From NCBI GenBank assembly GCA_965655095.1, contig OZ296650.1:102548001-102612000 (forward strand): a DNA stretch of 64,000 nt, in the 5' to 3' direction. This document shows, piece by piece, positions 1 to 13,489 of the stretch. The position numbers and the translations under genes were made by a program. The notes below the pieces were generated by a model. That model was not told the DNA's origin and did not search any database. It saw only the letters and a list, made by a program, of their open reading frames with translations. The stretch is from Haplodiscus bocki. Its lineage: Eukaryota. The first letter of the stretch is position 1. Each line of letters begins with the position of its first letter.

Positions 1-522
1 CAATACAATTCACAAAGCAAAATATGCCACTTAAGGTGCTTGACTGTCCAAAACAGGAACTCTCGTTCAATGCGCGTTACACAGTGCAGAGAAGTCTTGT
101 GTTGGATTGGGTAGCTTGAAAAAATCCACATTTCACGATCTGCTCTGGTGTTTGCGAGTTGTTGATTTTAAGGAAGCCATGACCTTCAAAGTTAACCAAC
201 TCATCATTCATTAAATTGCTGAGACTCTTACAATTTTCTCCCTTTAGCAAAATTTTCAGCCTTAAATTTTTTAAATTAAGGTTTGGGATCTCATTGTAAC
301 TCAACTTTCCATCGTGAAACTTCGTGAAACTTCCCTACAGATAAAATGCTGTTTTGTGGTTATGTACTCTTTCGGGGAACAAAATAAAAATCCTTGAACA
401 TTCAGATCTACAAAACTTCTCAACTCTCGAGCAAAAATTTCATCTGCAATCTCAAAATCTAGCACAATTCCGGACATAATGCTTCAAAAAATAACAGAAT
501 TGAAAATAGAAGGCAAAAAGAG

Positions 523-1050
523 TTATACGTAAAGACCAACGAGTAGTGCGGTTATGAGATCAAACGAATATGAATGTGGTCCTCGTCCAATCGTGTAACA
601 GTAGCCAACACCTTTTCCAGTCCGTGACCGCATTGATCCAGAAGCATCAAGCAGTACTGTATGTAGTCTAAAAGTTTTGGAACAACCAGACAGAACAGCG
701 AAAAACGAGTCCACAAAAACATTGATTCCACCAAATGGAAGTTTTTGTTCTTTCTCAAGTAAAACGATGCTATAAATCCAACCCTAACATGCACTTAGAA
801 ATAAGTTTTTGTTGAAAATTTTGTGTTCAAATGAAAATTCTGATCCCGAGCAGTATCAAAAACTACTCGATAGGATGACTACATGAACATGTATTTTGTT
901 CACCAAGTACAACTCACCGTTCAAATTTATAAACCAATGCTTTTAACCGAAATGCCATGAGTTTTCGGTATTTTTTTTTGTCATTTTCTTATAGATTTCC
1001 TCTTCTTCGAGGTTTAAGATCCTTCGGTTTTGGTACAAAACAATCATCGA
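523..1050 (-). pseudogene. Possible packaging ATPase remnant of Polinton A
   Basis: The fragment VPKLLDYIQ..LLDQCGHG..DHIHIRLIS loosely parallels LLRNPRD..CLGK..FGHLLIDLDP of the element-B ATPase. It is followed by ORF 77-304, in the same order as in element B. Highly eroded. Confidence 0.35.
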
Positions 1051-4000
1051 CTTGTCTGTACAGGTCTTGAAATTTACTAAAACTTTTGTCTTGCCATTGT
1101 ATACTGTCTCTTTTAGGTAAGAATTATCACCTTTGAGATCAGTTTTTCATTGTATGTTATATGCTCTAGTGCAACTACAGTTAGTGAATCTTCATCGGGA
1201 GATCCTTTTAGTACAAAATGGTCAAGTCTCAATTTTGATTTTAGACGGGTAAAAAAGTTGCTGTTTTTTACCGGGTTCGAACGCATCAGGATTAGAGTAG
1301 GAACAAAAACGACAAGGAAAACATGATCGCGATCAGATTTTCTAGGACGCTACGAATGATTCGACTGGCAAAAAATTCACCCAAAGCAGAAAACATTACG
1401 CCAAGCAAAAAAATTAAAATGTCTTCTCAACAATTCACAAAGATACTTTTTTGAAAAACGTCTTCCTCTGCTTAACTTGCGAATGATCGGACTTGAGCAA
1501 ATCAACTTAACCGCTTCTCCACATTGTATCGAAGGAGAGTTACACAACCCATTCTGTTTCTACGGTTTCAACCACCTTCTGAGGTAATTTGAGTCGTTCA
1601 ACAACTTCTCTGGACATTGTTGGCATCTGCACGGAAGACAAACTCCTTTGCAGCAAAATTTCTCTGCTGCAACACCTGGCTGATTTTCTAGTCCCAAAAC
1701 GAGGTCGAAGTCTGTCTCTCATAGTAGGATTTTGTATTAGCGAAAGTATTTTGGACCAAAGAAACATATAAACTTTCCTTGGTGACTCCCAGTTTACATA
1801 GTCCGTGCAAGTTAGCTTATTCAAGAAGGCAGTCAAGTTGTTAGTGAAACGTTTTGATTGTTGAGTGAGCACAGTGATATCCAACGGAAAAGTTTTTTTT
1901 TGGAAAACCATGAGAGCATCTTCGGTGCTCCAAATTGGTGCCTATAAACGCTTCTGCACGATTTTCTCCGGTCTTTTCACTGGATGTTTCCATTTCAGGA
2001 GACTCTTCCTTTCTTCGGTAAAGAAAATGCTTCTTCCCCAGATTGGAGTTTCTTTCCATCTCTGGTAGACTTGTGCGAAAAAGACTAAAACTCCCAGTTT
2101 TAGAATGATTTGCTCGCACAAGTGACTCACAAAGCTAATGGCCGCTGTTAAGGGATGCAAGCAATTCCCTTTTATTATGCAAACTTTTAGAAAACAGCGT
2201 TTTTAGTTGTGCAATTACTCACAAAAAACCAGTTCAAGTGAAAAGTACTGCATTGAACTCCACATTGACAAGATTTTCTTTCTGCTCAATTGCAGATACC
2301 ACATTTCACTGATAGGAGACTTTGATGAGTTGCTGCGGAAACTGGACCATTTAGCCTTCAACTAAAAACACGTGGACTGTCTAAATACATTTCGCTACAT
2401 TTCTCAATTATCTAATTGGAGTCATTATCGTTGTCAAGAGTAGAGGGGTGATTGATTGATTGTAGAGAGCAGTCTACTTCAATGTAAGACTCATGAAAGT
2501 GAACGGAAGAACCACCATCGTAAAGAAGAGACTCTTGGGGGAAAATTACTGAAAGCTTTTTTTGACCTTTTTCCAAAAAAGAGAACCAGGGCAAACTAGT
2601 TGATCAACTTTTGCAGAAAGAGTTGAACAAATTGAGGAGACCAAATATGAATTGAAAGTGATTAAAAACGAAGATACCTTTTTAATTGGTTTTGTTTTTT
2701 CTGCTAGTAATTCAGTAGTTCTGAGAACAAAATTGTAATCTACTGTTTTTGCATCACAAGAAAAGCACAAGGTTGATGGTGGTGCAAACCCAAATTCCAT
2801 TGTAGAAAGCAACTTTGCGTTTTGTTTCAAACAGGAATTTGCCAACAAAATACCAGCAATCATTAAACAAACACACGCTACCAACTCGTACCAAAACATT
2901 TGTTCACATTCCACTGCAAACTTTGTTTGGAACCAAAACTGGGCAAGACTAATCAACGTACAGCGGGAAATTGAAACTGAGATTTTGCAACAAAAATCTT
3001 ACATTTTTTAAAACTTTGAAAAAAAACTGATGATCATTTTTGTATGTTAACATAAATTGATTACGTGTATTTTTCACAACGCTTTCCACAACATTACCTA
3101 GAGCAATTCCAGCCTACAAAAAGTTCAACAACTTGATAATAACTCTCCGTTGAAACAATAATTCTTTTCGTGCTTTCAGCAGGGACAGGGAATTTTGACT
3201 TTGCTGCGGTTTCCCTATCTCTCCTCTGTGTGATTTCATTACGTGCAAAAACTAGCTGGTACTAAAACGAATAAAAAAACACAAACTGAAATTTTTGGTC
3301 TCCGACAAGTCCTAATATTTTTTGAAAAAGAAATTGATATACTGGAACAATTCAATTACTTTTTTTGTCAAGTAACATACTCAATAAAAAGTGAAAAGAA
3401 ATTTTAGAGTCAAAATGAGGACTATTTTCAATTGTGTTTCCAAACGGATGACTTCTCACAAACGCAGAGAAACAAGTTGGTAACTCGGAGACTGGAGTTG
3501 TTGGAGGAAAAATCTTTTTGTCATCCCCTTAGTCAATAGGAATCTGGTTTTCAGTCACTGAGTCCATCTCAAGTTCGTTGAATGATCAAGGGGCAAAAAA
3601 TCTGTGTGACTGGTCGAAAAATTGTTTCCATGTACAAGTCATGATCCTCCCGCTGGGACTCGGTGTTTAACAAATCAGACAACTGATTCCCACTTGTGTC
3701 CACGTCTCGTGGGCTTAGACTTGAGAGTACTTCGTCCTTCACTTCATGCGCTCCTCCCTACCCCCTGTTTGAGAGTAACTGAGATTCGAGCCAATTGAGT
3801 TTCCAAGGACTTTTCTGTATGGGACAACAACAAATCTAAGCTGGCAAATGAACTTCCCGAGACTTCTCTTCACAACCTGAACGAGATCTTTTAGTGTCAC
3901 AACTTAGACGAAAATACAGATGCCACTCGGTACCATCGTTAGAAACTGAGAAGATCATGTCGCTTTAAGTTAGGCTGAAATTGTTCAAAATGAAAAACAA

Positions 4001-5829
4001 AAACAAATTCTGTCAAATTTTTTCTGCTCCCTAGTCACGTTTTGTCTTTCCAGCAACACAAAATGTTCCAGGGCAACCGAAAAAGGTAACTGTCCGTTTC
4101 TGGTCGTTGGAAGGATTGTTCAAATTGTGACAGTACGTTTTGCACTCTAGATGCTATTAACAGTTTTCAAGAATGTCTTTCCAAGTTTGAACTTAGACAC
4201 ACTTGTGTCTTCCACACTAATTGCCGAGGCAAATGACTTCTCCTAGAACTTCTTCAATTTTCTTATGAAAAACTTCAAAGATGTAATTCCACAAATTTGC
4301 TGAAGCGAAATACTTTCGATTGATTTTCGAAAGAAACGTTGCTTACCTGGAACGTGAAGGCAAATTTCGGACTTTGACATTCGCTTCTATTGAAAAATTT
4401 AGGAGTTTTTTGTGCAAATAAAACTGCACAGAACACAATGTGTGGGAACGAAACAGGTTTACAGAAGGTTGATAATGCTTTTGTTTTGTTGAAAATCATG
4501 ATCGAACGTGCTACACTTTGCCTTTCCTGTCATTTATTTCACACTTGCACGCTAAGTAAAAACACTCCTTGTTGAAGTGGTGAGACTCGTGACAGGTAAA
4601 GTTTACAGAATCGCTAAGTGAGAAATCAATACTGTGTGGGTTAGGATTTTTTGACAAGAAGGATGCGAAAATTCTTGTTTTCAGAATGGACCGATTGAAT
4701 ATTTTGTCTGGTTCAAAGTTCAATGATGTTTTAAAGCGAAAGAACAAGAAGACTGTTTTCTTGATTGTGTTGATCCAATATCAGTTGCTGATTTTGGCAT
4801 TGCAATTTGTAGTAATTTGCTATCTTCATCAAATGTTCCAAAAATTCGCGCAATTTTTGTGTAGGAAACTATATCAATTTTTTGAAAAAATCACCTAGTC
4901 TTGAAAAATACAATGCTGGTCTATCTTCGAATCGCAAACCTAGAACAATTTGATTTCAAAGGGTTTTTTTGGAGCCTTTGCTAACTGGTTCAAGTTCAAG
5001 CCGGGACTGGGATAGGTCAAAAATGTTGTTGTGAAAAATTTATCGACGTCGCTTCTATCCTAAAAACCTCAATAAAATTTGAACACACTGGGAACTTGCT
5101 TTTGTGAAGACCAGAACTGCTTCTAATCCCTATTTCCTGGAAAATGCTGTGGGTGGTGGTGGTACAGTAAATGCGATGTAGTTGGATAAGTTTTTCGATT
5201 TTGAGCGTTGGCAACGCTTTCATTCCAACCAGTCAGACTTAAAAAACTCTCTTCTGACATAACAAAATTTGAAACTGTGGCGAAGTGGTCAAAAGCTCTT
5301 TAAGTTTAGGAACACTGATCACTGAAAGAACTTAAGTTGATATATCCGGGAATAGGAAACACTGCAAAACCCAAATTTGTTCCCTTTTTTGAAGTATTTT
5401 TGATTGACAGTTGAGACGAAATCAACATGATGAGCAACTAAAATTTCTCAGGCAAGTTATCTCGCCATCAGGGGAAAATGTTTCGATTAAGTTGTAATCT
5501 AAGATAACATCTCGTTTTACTGCAGGATCATTATTCCAGTTGAAAGTTTCTTTGAATCATCTGATTTTTTATCAGTTTGTAATTTTTTTTTACCATATAC
5601 CATTGGAAAACATGGGTTTTGTGTTCACAGAGCCCAATTGAGCAGCCGAAGTCAACCGCCCATTCGAACTTGTTTAGTAAGATTTCGTATTTGGATATCG
5701 CAGTTACTTTTATTCCTAAAACAATTCTGTATGAAAAGTCGAAACATGTTTGAACTGCACACAGCAAGAACTTTTTAGGAGTTGGACCACAGATAAAAAA
5801 TATTGCCGAATTTTGCACTCAGGAACGAG

Positions 5830-8800
5830 CTTTCACTATAACGGATCTTCAAGCAAACTAACAATTGTGACAGTCTTTGCATCGTTACTTAAGCAATGGG
5901 ATAAATTTTTACAATCCACATAGGGCAAAGAGGATCTGTAAAACAAAAACGCTTCCGACAAGCCCCAATGTGACTTCTGCGACGTTCGTGTGAAATTCAC
6001 GCAAGTTAAAAAAGACCTTTTTTGTTGATTTACAGCTCTTGCTCTACATTCTACTAAAAAACTGGAGGAAGAGATCTGCAAAATCTCAGGCAATTCCTCA
6101 ACAACTCCAGGGAAACAGAAGTCAGAAAATTTTAAGGCGTTAACGTGAATATTGTTCCAGGAGTTGAAAAAAAATTGCATCTCAGTTTGTTTCTTTACGC
6201 CCTTGTGTTCGTTGCCTGAGAAGTCAATGGAGAACATCCTCGTAGAAGTATCCGAAAGGTTTGAAGAAAATCTCGAACTTTTCTGATGCATTGATCCAAT
6301 TGGTCACATCAACACCATCATTTTTCCAATCATAACATTCAACTGTAGTTTAGGCGATACATTTCTTATCCAAAACTGGTAACCTGAAGAGACATTTACT
6401 CTTCCGCCGGGAGCAGATACACCCGAGGATATTTCAGGAGCTCACAAAGAACTCTGTTTGAAAAATTAGATGCATTCAAAGTTGCCTTCGAGGAAAAGTG
6501 AAAGTGCCTAAAAAATTGGTGGTTTTCTATCTCGACTCCGACTGTGTCAAAAATAAACCTTTAGGGAAACAGAAAGTGCACAATAGATTTTTCTTTAAAA
6601 CTTTTGTCGAAATTCATTCGCGACGCCATTTTCTCCGCAATTCTGATCCTCGTTACACCAGTTTGTTGTTAATTATTAACCTAGATAGCTTAGTTAGTCA
6701 AACTAAACTCAGACACAGCTCAGTCTTTTTGAAGTTGAGATAGCTATCAAGATGAAATTGTGCCGATTCCTGCAACAGCTTTTCAACCAGAGACATTTTC
6801 AAGAAGACAGGCCAAGTGTGATTGCGGATGAATGCTTCGTCAATTCTGAGAGGGAACAAGGTTTGTGTACTCAGCTCCCGCGAACCCAACAGACAAACTG
6901 ACTGATAAAGAGGAGTATATTAGACGATACTAAAAAGTGGTGCCAGTCTTGGGTTTCAACACCGCAAACTATAATAGCAATCTGAATTTATCCTATAATC
7001 TACTAATTCCTCTGACAAGAGATATGGAACAAAGAGTCATCACGAATCCCAATCAATTTTTTTCTCTGAACTCTGGGGACATCTAGTTTCTTGACATTGT
7101 AAACATCTTTGGTGGAGGCAAGGGCCCTGACTCTTTTCTCAAAGCCTAGAAGACTAACGAAATCGAAGCGTTTTTCCTTAGCGAGAAGATCCATTTTCTG
7201 GACAAGCTGACCAATAAAGAACTTCCTTCGCTTGACTTTGTTTCCAATACGCAACGCATTGTTAAACCACAAAAAAGAGACTCTGCCAGCACTGAAAATC
7301 CTGATGAGAGAGAATGAACAACAGAACATGCAATATTGAAATTAGGAGTTGACAAAACACCCCAAAACTGATTCAGAAAAATATGCGTAGTTATTTAAAA
7401 AAAGTGCAAATGAAAAACTCAGCTTTTACTGATTTTCTCCAATGGTCAAACAAAAAAGATGCTAATCTGATGTTGGAGTCATTGCTTAAATTGATCAAAT
7501 AATAACACAAAAAGGGAAATGATTTGATAAACTGGTATGCATGTTACCAAATTTAGCCATTTTTGCTCGCATCAATAAAAAAAATTGATTTTTTTCCAAT
7601 TTGTAAATCAGATAAAATGCAGTGACAGAAGTTTTTTGCGGAACTGAACGAAGTTTTGCAAGTATGTTGGATTCTATGCTAGTCAGATTTATACAAATTA
7701 AAAGTGACAGTCAAAGCCGAATGGTTTATACAGTAACTGGTGGTTCCTCAGTGAGGCCCAAAACTTCATATGACGCGGAAAAAAATCGCCCTGTTCTGAT
7801 TGTAACATCCTGTATAAGATCAACAAACTCAAGCAGTTGGTGGACTTGAGTGCCATTTTGATACTGGTGTAAAGAAGAGAGTAGTTTGTTTCTTTCTAGA
7901 CGTAGTTTGCCGTCCATTTAACACTGTTTTTGAATCTATGGGATGCTTTCAACTCAACTACTCAACTATCCTTGCGAAGACGCCCGACATTCTCTGATTG
8001 AAGCAGATTTCGAGAAAACAAACAAGAAATCGGACGAAGACGAGGTGCACAGGCATTATTTTCAACTAAAGACCCATCACATTGTGGAAATGTGGGAGTG
8101 CGAGTGTTGGAATCTGTACAGAGCTAATGCGTCCGTCTAGAGTCATCTCCGAAAACTTTTCCTCTACGAAAGTCCTCCCAAGGGAAAATGACAGGAAAGT
8201 ACCGGTTGAAGACTCTTCAGGTGCGTTTGATGTGATATTGATGTTTTTGACTACTGGAAAAAGAAAACCTTTCGAAAATTTTTCTGGTATTCAACAAAAC
8301 TGTCGTCAGTAGGACAAATATTGGCGACCGGAAGAAAAAATACGCAGAAAACAAACATCTTATGGTACAACTAAAAGGAATGTTTTCATCAAACTTCCAT
8401 CGAACGAAGGGATTTTTCAGTACTTCTTTGCCTTTAAGTTTCTTTCAACTGGGTTTTGTATGCCAAAAAAACGTCGTTTGGTTCAAAACACTCGCAGAAA
8501 TTATTTTGATGGATTCTTGCAGTTTGCAGTGAAAGCGCAGCGAAAAGATGAAAACCCAAAATTAAGTGTAGTTGTTGAAACAGTGAAACTGCTAGGGAAT
8601 TGTTTTTATGGATCAGAGAATACGGATTGCAATCAACACACTGTGACGTAACATGTGAATGACAGAAAAACATCACAGTGCAATTAGTAGGCCAATGCTC
8701 AAGAGCTGAATCACAATACCGAGGAACTGTACGAATTTCAAATGGAAAAGCCTAAAATTGAGCATTGGGAACTAAACATTGTTGGGTTCTTCACTATGCA

Positions 8801-9395
8801 ATACGCTAAACTTCAATTGGTGGAGCTTTAATACAGCTTCTCCAAAATTATGTGTCGTAGACCACTATGAACAACTTGAAAAGCACATCCACTCTCTCTA
8901 CTTCGCTTCGTCCAATGAAAACTTGGTAGACGTTTCTCTCTTTAAAAAATCAAGTCAAGTGGAAGGCCTTGCACTCAAAGCATTGCACAAACGCGTTCAC
9001 AGCGAATGTAACGGACAGCTTCAATATTCATTAAATTTATGTTCCGCAAGAGACGCAAGAAATGCCACACGAGGGAACGAGATCCCTTCGAAGAAGTACA
9101 CAAGTCTTGTGCTTATGCAAAAAAGTTTTTTTGCTTTGATCAAAAAAGCAAAAAGTACAATATCAGCTGCAAGAGACTTGGAAAAATGAAATCTAGAAGA
9201 CGGTGGCGATGAATCAAGGTTAAAGTATTTCAAAGTTCCGGAAAAATCCGTCGATGCAAGTATGCATAACAGATACTTGTGTAAAAAACAACATGAGGTG
9301 CTGACTCATGATCAAACAAAGAAAAATATGTCCCAGTTTATCCTGAAAAAATTGTAGAAAGAGATGGGATACAAACAAAACACTTACAACTGTAA
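5830..9395 (+). pseudogene. Protein-primed DNA polymerase B (pPolB) pseudogene, Vsr-like-insert type
   Basis: Motif remnants occur in order across frames: FLRNSDP (~6630), VPVLGFNTANY (exo II, ~6940), FLDIVNIFGGG..DSFLKA (~7090), VTGGSSV (~7730), VEMWECECW (~8085), DENPKLSVVVETVKLLGNCFYGS (motif B KxxxNxxYG, ~8550-8615), HIHSLYFA (decayed DTDSLY, ~8885) and C-terminal IVERDGIQTKHLQL* ending at 9395. Many stops and frameshifts; the start is uncertain. Confidence 0.85.
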
Positions 9396-12300
9396 ATTTT
9401 CAAAGTAGTCCTTTATTACTTTCTTGTCAACAATTATTGTACCTTCTAATTGTTTTCACACGTTTAACTACTCTTTTGACATAGCAATAAATCAAACGGC
9501 AGCCTTTATCAATTACACTGACGCTCCTTTCCCTACTTGGATCCTTCCACTTGGAACAGCTTTGAAAATCAACCACAGGCGTAGTATTTAATCCGCAGGG
9601 TAAAAACTATCTGCCGACCGTTGGGCAGCTCAGAAAACTATTGTTCACAAAAAGTTTTCAAAAAAGTACTACAGTGACAAAAATCAGCCATCAAAACCCA
9701 AATGTTTACCTTTATCTATTTCAAAACTCTACAGTTTTTACCAAAAAATTGCCGGACCTATCCAATCACAATATTACACTCGACTTTCACCCGAAATCAA
9801 GGAACTTTTTGCCACCAATCAGAATTGAGCTCAAAACCCTAAAAGCTTGTCAGCCAAACAGTATCGAGTATCACAAGTTCCAAACTTCACCCGAGAACTC
9901 TTGGCTGGTGGTTGCTTCCTTCTCGGCTGTGGGTTCAAGTCAACTCGCTGCTGGTTATCCAAAAACATGGTTGACCTCTTTCCCCCCTTAACCTGCTCAC
10001 TTCACCTTCAAACTGATACCGTCATCAAATGTTTGCCTTACATCGGATTCCTATACAGTACTGAAAGAACCAAAAAATGCTCTGGCAATCACTCAGCACA
10101 GTTATCGAAGGAAATTTTCCTTCAAAGATAACAGCTTGGTTTTATCCCGTAGATTCATCATGGAGAGTTTTTTTACTTTTGGCAGTCTTTCGAAATGGAG
10201 CATCATCAAAATCGGATTTTTGCTCAAACCTATTGGCTCCAGAGACTTGGGAAATACAAAAAAAATGAAAACTTGTCCTTTTAGTGGAACATCAAGTTTT
10301 TTATGGGATTCATAAATTTGCCCTAAAAAAACACTAGCTACTGGATTGTTGAATCAACAGCAAAGTAGCATTTTTCACTCGTTTAAACTACGTGCAAAAA
10401 AACTCCTTCTAACTCCGCCTAGATGTTTGAAGTGCTCCATCTCAAGGTCAACTGAAGCTGAAGACCTTGTCTTTCGTTTTGTAGATTTTTTGCTGATCAT
10501 TTTACAATATTGCAAAGTTTCAGTCTAAGCCGGTGATAAGAATTTCAAAGGCTCCCCGAAAGAGACCGATCTCGAGTGCCAGATCTGCTGGTGCAATTGT
10601 CAAAAACTTCTGTCATTTCCCGATGTTTTCAACTTGTTACTCGTTCAAAAAAGCTACAAACTGACCACTAGATTTCCAAACTGTTCTGATAATTGACAAA
10701 TTACCTGTTTTGACTAGTATTAGACGCCCAGTTCTGAGAGTAAATGATATTCTTGAGGTTAAATCGGCAGTTCTGGAGTCTTTTCGGGTGATTTCCAGTT
10801 TCCTATACTTTTTTAACATCTGAAACCATCAATGCCGCAGCACTTTGATATATCATGTTGTTTGCAAACCCATGTGCTGATATTAATGACACATCCTCCT
10901 TCCTGGTTTTTATATGGCTGAGACTGATGAGTTTTCTGTTCAATCATATATGTTTTGCCGTAACCTGATCATTTTCTAAGTATTTTACTTAATCATTGGT
11001 TGTGACGCATTTCATCTGCACTTAATTTTTTCAAGACCACGTGTTGGGTTTCGTCCTGGCCGTCAATAGTTCAATTCTTATCCACGAAGTACAACATCTT
11101 CCAGCAATCGAAAGTACAATGGTGTTCTATGCTTTTTATGTAAACAATGATTTCTAGTAGTTAGTTAGATGGATTGCATTAGAACCTAGACATTATTTGT
11201 TTCTTTTGTCAATTTTTGAGTTTGTTTCCTCTCAGTAGAGCCAACAGGTAGGCCTTAAACGAACACAGGACTGTCATTGCAGTCTTGGTTCTCCCAGGAA
11301 TAAACTGAGAAAATGAATCTCTCTGTTTTCGGAAAACCTCTTGAGTTCTTTTCAAATACACCTGTGTCACAAAAATTTTGTTCTCTGCTGTTTCAATGAA
11401 AAAGAAAGTATTAAGAACAGGCACAACATTGATTGCTCTGTTGAAAATTGAATCAGCCGTTAACTTTGGTCCACCGACCTGGACAATTCAACTGGTTTGG
11501 ACAGATTCTGTTCCAATTTGGGATTCAACTGTAGTTTGACGCTGTACGATCAAACATGTGGAATCTTCAGTGAGCAATGAAATTGGCCGGTTGGCTGTCT
11601 GATTTGAATTTGGAGTGTGCCTTACTGTATTAGTTTTACTACCTAAAATAAAAAGACTTGGGATTGAGTCCAAAAAACCACGTAAATCAACCTTCAAGAC
11701 CTGATCGAGCGCACAACGAAAAGCATTCTTTCAAACTCAAATCAGGCGTCTGCACGCAAAAACTTGAGGAGTCGTTTTTACTATGAAACAAGATCGGGTA
11801 TTTGTCAGAATGGAAATGCTAGAGCAATATCCTCAGGAAGGAACGCTGAAGGTGGGCAAAAACTCCGCAAGAAAAGCTCCAGGCTGCTTGACCCAAGATA
11901 TGTTTCAGATGTAAAGAAAACTTTTAGAACTTATTGCAATGTGGGACCAAGGGTGTGCCAAACTAGATTTTCTAAAAATATCAGTGCTGCGGCTTCAAAG
12001 AAACGTTCACAAAATTTAAATTTTGTGAAGAACCCGACTGAAATTGTAGAATTCAGCAACTAGGCTAGTCTGAAACTCAACTTTTGGGAACTGCTACAGA
12101 TTCGACACTAGCTAATGTTGGACATTTGGTCGAACTTCATAAAGAATCCCCAGAAATATTGAAATGAAATTTTTTTCGATAACGTTTGTTTCAGTTCTTA
12201 AACGGCTTCGTATATTGTTGCATTTACTGTAATCGGGAAACTGTGCGTTGAGCAATGTTTCCAACCACTAAAAGAGTTCGTGACCAATCTGAGTTCAGGA

Positions 12301-12660
12301 AAAGAAAAACTCGAGCTCAAATTCAACTGTTTTCTACTTTCAAAAGCTTTCAAAGTCTTCCGTCACCAAAATTTTTTTGCATTGCAGCCCGTTGAAAAAG
12401 ATTGCTTTTGAATTCTAGTTGCTGCCACCATCCATANNNNNNNNNNNNNNNNNNNNNNNNNNNNNNNNNNNNNNNNNNNNNNNNNNNNNNNNNNNNNNNN
12501 NNNNNNNNNNNNNNNNNNNNNNNNNNNNNNNNNNNNNNNNNNNNNNNNNNNNNNNNNNNNNNNNNNNNNNNNNNNNNNNNNNNNNNNNNNNNNNNNNNNN
12601 NNNNNNNNNNNNNNNNNNNNNNNNNNNNNNNNNNNNTCCAAAATACTCTGTTTCCACATC

Positions 12661-12707
12661 ATCAGTATATGCGGGGGATGGGGGTCTCTGCACAGGTTCA
12701 TGGCTCC
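12661..12707 (+). repeat. Left terminal inverted repeat of Polinton B
   Basis: Inverted match to 28876-28931, preceded by the TSD CACATC. The terminal AGTAGT is decayed to ATCAGT. Confidence 0.9.
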
Positions 12708-12900
12708 GTAATTTTCCTCGAAGTCTTACCAGCAAAATAACTACCGAATGACTATATATGGTTACCAAAACCCTCTGTGATAATAACGAGGGCTATCACT
12801 AGTCATTCGAACTTCACCCTATTATATTTTGTTGTAAATGAAAGCGAAATTTATAAAAAGGTATCATGCGATTTTAGTCTCCAAAACTTGAAAAAAATTA

Positions 12901-12994
12901 GGCAGTGTGGCACGAGTGATTAGGCTTGCAGCAAGTGGTTCGTGGTCCGTAGGATCAAGGCTCACTGAAATCACTAACGCTACACTACCATTTT
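12901..12994 (+). ncRNA. Putative Pol III-transcribed hairpin RNA (VA-RNA-like) in the left subterminal region
   Basis: GGCAGTGTGGC pairs with GCTACACTACC, AGTGATT with AATCACT, and AGGCTTG with CAAGGCT. It has an A-box-like TGGCACGAGTGA, a B-box-like GGATCAAGGC, and TTTT right after the stem. Confidence 0.5.
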
Positions 12995-13489
12995 AGTGAG
13001 AAATGCCACTTACCAATCCAGCTTGAGGTCAAAAAACCATAGTTTTTGTATGAAATACGTCAAGAGTTCCATTATTTGTATAAAAGATTCGAAAGACACC
13101 ACCCATAATATTTTTGACACTGCTACAAAAGTGTACACTCATAACGGAAGCATGAACAACACATGATCAGATATACCAAGAAAGTTCACCATGACCCGTG
13201 TTACCAGGTCCAGATGTTCTTTTTTTCATTTTAGGCCTCAAAACCAAATTGAAGCAATTAAAGTTAGAATTATCTTGAATACTCCCAAAATACTGCCACC
13301 ACACTTGTCAACAACAGGAACTGAGAAGTAATTAATTTGGTGATATATTCATTCCTCGAGAAGAATAGCTCCATTAGAAGCTCACCATGTCTGTTGCAAG
13401 GGTTTGATCAAATGAGCGCATTAGATTTCTTTTATACCAAACTAACGAAAATTTACGTGCAAAAACTTCGGATCTAAATAGATGAGGAA

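Larger units (their letters stand above)
1..9400. mobile_element. Degenerate Polinton/Maverick relic A (termini not found)
   Basis: Contains a fragmented pPolB on + (~5.8-9.4 kb). Weak minus-strand remnants at 77-1050 resemble the ATPase C-terminus and the small ORF that follows the ATPase in element B. No TIR or TSD was found, so the boundaries are approximate. Confidence 0.7.

Noticed and set aside
9400-12430. Coding-like decayed sequence between relic A and element B
   Set aside because: No diagnostic motif or terminus was found, so it cannot be assigned.
12363-12768. ORFs spanning the 12438-12636 gap
   Set aside because: They are artefacts of N runs translated as X.
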